Positions 14,152-16,826 of a DNA stretch of 16,826 nucleotides are shown here, in pieces. The translations under genes were made by a program, and so were the position numbers. Under the pieces are notes generated by a model. The model saw only the letters and a program-made list of their open reading frames with translations, did not search any database and was not told where the DNA came from. The first letter of the stretch is position 1. Each line of letters opens with the position of its first letter. Source of the DNA: Candidatus Latescibacterota bacterium (GTDB taxonomy: Bacteria; Latescibacterota; Latescibacteria; Latescibacterales; Latescibacteraceae); assembly GCA_041690195.1 (NCBI GenBank), contig JAWLHT010000092.1, forward strand, positions 1 to 16,826, given 5' to 3'.

Positions 14152-16484
14152 AGAACGGTATAAGGGCGATGCTGTTCGTTTTCTGGACGATGGCGCTCGC
14201 TCCAACCGGGACATCCGCCAATCCAGTCATGCCAGGGGGCATCACGGAGTTCTCCGTGGACCCGGACTGGATCGAGGTGAACACCAATCCCTGGCCATTC
14301 GGCGTCAACAGACCGATCATCATTGACGGGAAAGAGGTCGCCATAGACTGGGATGCAGTTGCGGCGAACGAAAACTTCGGGAGACAGGTCGTCTTCGACA
14401 GCACGAACACATCCGGATTCGACCTGAAGCCGGAGGGCGGGTATATCTATATTTCCGTCCTGTCGGACACCCTGTTTTATGGTCCGGGGCAGATGTGCCC
14501 GTCTCCATTGCCCGGGGAGAGCATTTCCCTCAACGGCGAATGGCAGTACCGGGGTTCCCGGTATCCCTGGAATTTCGATCCGACGCCCACACCACGCGAA
14601 CCGAACGACGCCCCGGACCCGAAATATGGAAGCGGAACGGTTTTCATCAACGAGGTCTTCCCCGGCAGTGAGGGCCAACCGGCTTTCATCGAACTGTACA
14701 ACCGTGGAGATTCCCCGGCGGATATCGGCGGGTACTCGCTGATCACGCTCGCCCGGTATCGCGTTCCCGGTGGTACGGTCATCCCGGCCCGCGGGTTTTT
14801 CACCCTTTCCGCGCCGGAATTCCCCGTCGGGTTCGCACTATCCCCGGAGGGCGGGACGGTATACATCCAGAATGACCGGTACGAACTGGTGGACCAGATG
14901 GGCTGGCCGGGCGGGATGGAAGCCGGAATCTCGGTGAACCGCGTTCCCGATGGCCTCGCGACCGAGTTCCGGGGGTATGATTACGCCACATCCCTCGATT
15001 TCCGGGAGGGGAATGCCTCGCCGGACGCGACGAATTCGGGATTCCCCATTCTCTCCATGTCCATGGAGAAAACGAACGACCTGCTCTGCCCGGGAGCGCG
15101 GAAACAGTACTGCTGCCGGGGAACGGACAGCCGGGGCCGCACCGCGCGGATGCTCCCGGAGTGGAGCATCCGCGGAGGCTTCGCCGAGGTGGACGGGTAC
15201 GGCGTGGTCACCGGCATCCGGTGCGGAGAGGGCGTCCTCACCGCTCAATATGAAGCGTTTACCGACACTCTGTTCATCCGGGGTGCGGCGGGGGGAAGTC
15301 TGTTGAATGACGCGGTGTGGAAAAACGAATATAATCCATATCGAGTGGAAAGTCAGTTCTGGATTGGGAATGGAGTAACGTTACGGATAGAGCCTGGAGT
15401 GGTAATCGATTTTTATGGAGACAGCCCGGTTTACGTATCGGGAACATTGCTCTGTATGGGTAATGCGGAACAGCCAATTTCCTTTTCCGCCCAACCGCCA
15501 CGAGATCCCGACCGAAGCAGCGGTATTAACTTTTATGGTGGATCAAGCATTCTCAAGTATTGTATGTTCGACCGGACTGAGACACAGATAAACATAACCG
15601 AGTACGCGGATTCCACGAAAGTTTCCCATTGCGTTTTTCGTGGCGGAAAGAACTCGATATTGATATCCGGAGAGGCGATAATAGAACACAATTTGTTGGT
15701 CGGTTCTTTTGCAGAACAGGAGCCGGGGATACGAATCAGCCGGATGGCACGGGAAGGAACATGGGAATGGCCGGGAACCGCACGCGTGGTCAACAACACG
15801 CTCATCGACTGGAACAAGGGAATCACCATTGACCGCGCCTCCGAAACGGTCATCCGCAACAACATTATCTCCAACTGCACCACCGGCATCGACGGTTCCG
15901 CCGATATCGCCCACAACTGCATCGCCGCCTCCAATCCCTTCGTCAATGGTCCGGAGGGCGCGGGCGTCCTCTCCGGGGTCAACGCCCGGGGGACCGCCTG
16001 CGATGCGTTCCGGAACATCTTCGTGAATCCCGGATTCACGGACGCCGCCGGGGGCGATTACCGTCTGGCTGCAAACTCTCCCTGTATCGACGCCGGAGAC
16101 CCCTCCATTCTGGATGAAGACGGCAGCGTTTCCGACCTGGGCATGTATGGCGGCGGGGGTGACATCGTGCCGGTGGTGGAAGAGCGGGAGGACGACGCGC
16201 TGCCACGGACGCTCCGGGTGGAACGGAATTATCCCAATCCCTTCAATCCCTCAACGACCATCGGGTTCACCCTGCCGGAGGAAGGCCGGGCCAGCCTGAC
16301 CGTATATGCCATCACCGGCGGGAAAGTCCGCGAACTGGTCTCCGGCGCGCTCCCGGCGGGGAAACACGAGGCGCGGTGGGACGGCCGCGACGACCGGGGG
16401 CATGCCGTTTCCTCCGGCGTCTACCTCGTCCGGCTCACGCAGAAAGGTCGGGTTTCCACCGCCAAGATGCTGCTGATAAAGTAA
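14148..16484 (+). CDS. Large secreted protein with a lamin-tail domain (LTD), parallel beta-helix repeats and a C-terminal T9SS (Por) sorting domain
   Basis: Signal peptide MKNGIRAMLFVFWTMALAPTGTSA|NP. LTD signature GTVFINEVFPGSEGQPAFIELYNRGDSPADIGGYSL...GFFTL...VDQMGW. Beta-helix repeats (NNTLIDWNKGITIDRASETVIRNNIISNCTTGIDGSADIAHNCI). C-terminal ~80 aa (RNYPNPFNPSTTIGFTLPEEGRASLTVYAITGGKVRELV...GVYLVRLTQKGRVSTAKMLLIK) match the T9SS type A C-terminal sorting domain. SD GAGGA 5 nt upstream. Confidence 0.8.
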   Translation: MKNGIRAMLFVFWTMALAPTGTSANPVMPGGITEFSVDPDWIEVNTNPWPFGVNRPIIIDGKEVAIDWDAVAANENFGRQVVFDSTNTSGFDLKPEGGYIYISVLSDTLFYGPGQMCPSPLPGESISLNGEWQYRGSRYPWNFDPTPTPREPNDAPDPKYGSGTVFINEVFPGSEGQPAFIELYNRGDSPADIGGYSLITLARYRVPGGTVIPARGFFTLSAPEFPVGFALSPEGGTVYIQNDRYELVDQMGWPGGMEAGISVNRVPDGLATEFRGYDYATSLDFREGNASPDATNSGFPILSMSMEKTNDLLCPGARKQYCCRGTDSRGRTARMLPEWSIRGGFAEVDGYGVVTGIRCGEGVLTAQYEAFTDTLFIRGAAGGSLLNDAVWKNEYNPYRVESQFWIGNGVTLRIEPGVVIDFYGDSPVYVSGTLLCMGNAEQPISFSAQPPRDPDRSSGINFYGGSSILKYCMFDRTETQINITEYADSTKVSHCVFRGGKNSILISGEAIIEHNLLVGSFAEQEPGIRISRMAREGTWEWPGTARVVNNTLIDWNKGITIDRASETVIRNNIISNCTTGIDGSADIAHNCIAASNPFVNGPEGAGVLSGVNARGTACDAFRNIFVNPGFTDAAGGDYRLAANSPCIDAGDPSILDEDGSVSDLGMYGGGGDIVPVVEEREDDALPRTLRVERNYPNPFNPSTTIGFTLPEEGRASLTVYAITGGKVRELVSGALPAGKHEARWDGRDDRGHAVSSGVYLVRLTQKGRVSTAKMLLIK

Positions 16485-16569
16485 TCAAGAGATCACTTGG
16501 TGACCTTCCCCGCGAAGAAAGAGGGTTCACCGGAACAAAGCCTGAGAATAGACGCCCGGGAAGAAATAT

Positions 16570-16690
16570 GTCTGAATTGGGATGCCGCTGATGCCTAAGC
16601 AACACCAAGCAGTGCGCGAGCGCTTCCCTGAAATCATCGGAATTCGGCCGCCGCAAACTGCACTCACACAGTCGCATCCAGTCGGCGGCA
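16570..16690. repeat. Third, diverged copy or remnant of the MITE-like element (left TIR conserved 16 of 16)
   Basis: GTCTGAATTGGGATGC at 16570-16585 is identical to the first 16 nt of the 19-bp TIR. Downstream, AATCATCGGAATTCGGCCG weakly resembles the hairpin region. GTCGCATCCAGTC (16671-16683) weakly resembles the right TIR (CGCATCC..TCAGAC). The boundaries are uncertain. Confidence 0.3.
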
Positions 16691-16700
16691 CCATACAGGG

Positions 16701-16745
16701 CAAGGGCTTACGGAAACATGACCGTAAGCCCTTGTTGTTTTATCT
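16701..16745 (+). terminator. Rho-independent terminator with a perfect 12-bp stem CAAGGGCTTACG / CGTAAGCCCTTG, a 10-nt loop and a TTGTTTTAT tail
   Basis: Seen directly in the sequence. The stem is GC-rich and is followed by a U-run on the plus strand only. It lies 215 nt downstream of the T9SS-cargo gene stop, beyond the MITE-like remnant, so it terminates plus-strand transcription. Confidence 0.75.
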
Positions 16746-16826
16746 GGATATTTGCAACCAGCGTGTTTTCTTTCTCATTCTAACAAGCTCGAACCCCGAC
16801 AGATGCTTTTGGCCAATGATGGCGCA

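Noticed and set aside
1-16826. CRISPR arrays, tRNA or rRNA genes, toxin-antitoxin or phage-defence gene pairs
   Set aside because: No regularly spaced direct repeats, no cloverleaf-like segments and no short paired ORFs of that kind were seen. The absence is by eye only, and a tRNAscan or CRISPR finder would be the decisive check.
16746-16826. Possible 3' end of a minus-strand gene entering from beyond the right edge (open frame to TAA at 16743..16741)
   Set aside because: Only 28 codons are visible, in an AT-richer, likely intergenic stretch. The adjacent terminator is oriented for the plus strand. It cannot be supported from this window.

Overview
High-GC bacterial chromosomal segment. Genes have Shine-Dalgarno sites and sigma70-like TTGACA/TATAAT promoters. 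One gene carries a type-IX-secretion (T9SS) C-terminal sorting domain. Together these point to an FCB-group organism outside the classical Bacteroidia; this is inference from sequence only. I support 13 protein genes and no RNA genes or CRISPR arrays. Gene order is described in the direction of transcription; window coordinates run the opposite way for the minus-strand block at 1..7809. The first gene of that block is a MarR regulator with a near-consensus promoter. It is followed by a tandem PRC-barrel protein, a type I GAPDH, a 60-aa lipoprotein-like ORF, an encapsulated ferritin-like protein (EncFtn) and a Family-1 encapsulin shell protein, i.e. a complete iron-storage nanocompartment operon. 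A 550-bp ORF-free gap follows, then an AsmA/TamB-like giant membrane protein that runs off the window edge. The middle of the window holds a divergent short GntR (YtrA-like) regulator. Next to it is a LysE/RhtB exporter gene bracketed by two copies of a ~150-bp MITE-like element (miniature inverted-repeat transposable element). The best copy has perfect 19-bp terminal inverted repeats and a 14-bp internal hairpin. A third, diverged copy sits in the 3' region of the last operon. The right half is a secreted carbohydrate-active pair (beta-helix protein plus SASA/SGNH esterase, minus strand). It is divergent from a plus-strand two-gene operon: a secreted hypothetical and a lamin-tail-domain/beta-helix protein with the T9SS sorting domain. 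A textbook Rho-independent terminator ends that operon. Most worth follow-up: (i) the tiny lipoprotein-like ORF whose C-terminus (DTVGNM) mimics the EncFtn cargo-targeting tail (STVGSMR), a possible unrecognised second cargo or membrane tether; (ii) the unusual MarR/PRC-barrel/GAPDH/encapsulin same-strand arrangement; (iii) the MITE family and the MITE-bracketed exporter cassette. The three long plus-strand ORFs in the track (807, 456, 293 aa) are antisense artefacts of GC-rich genes and are rejected.
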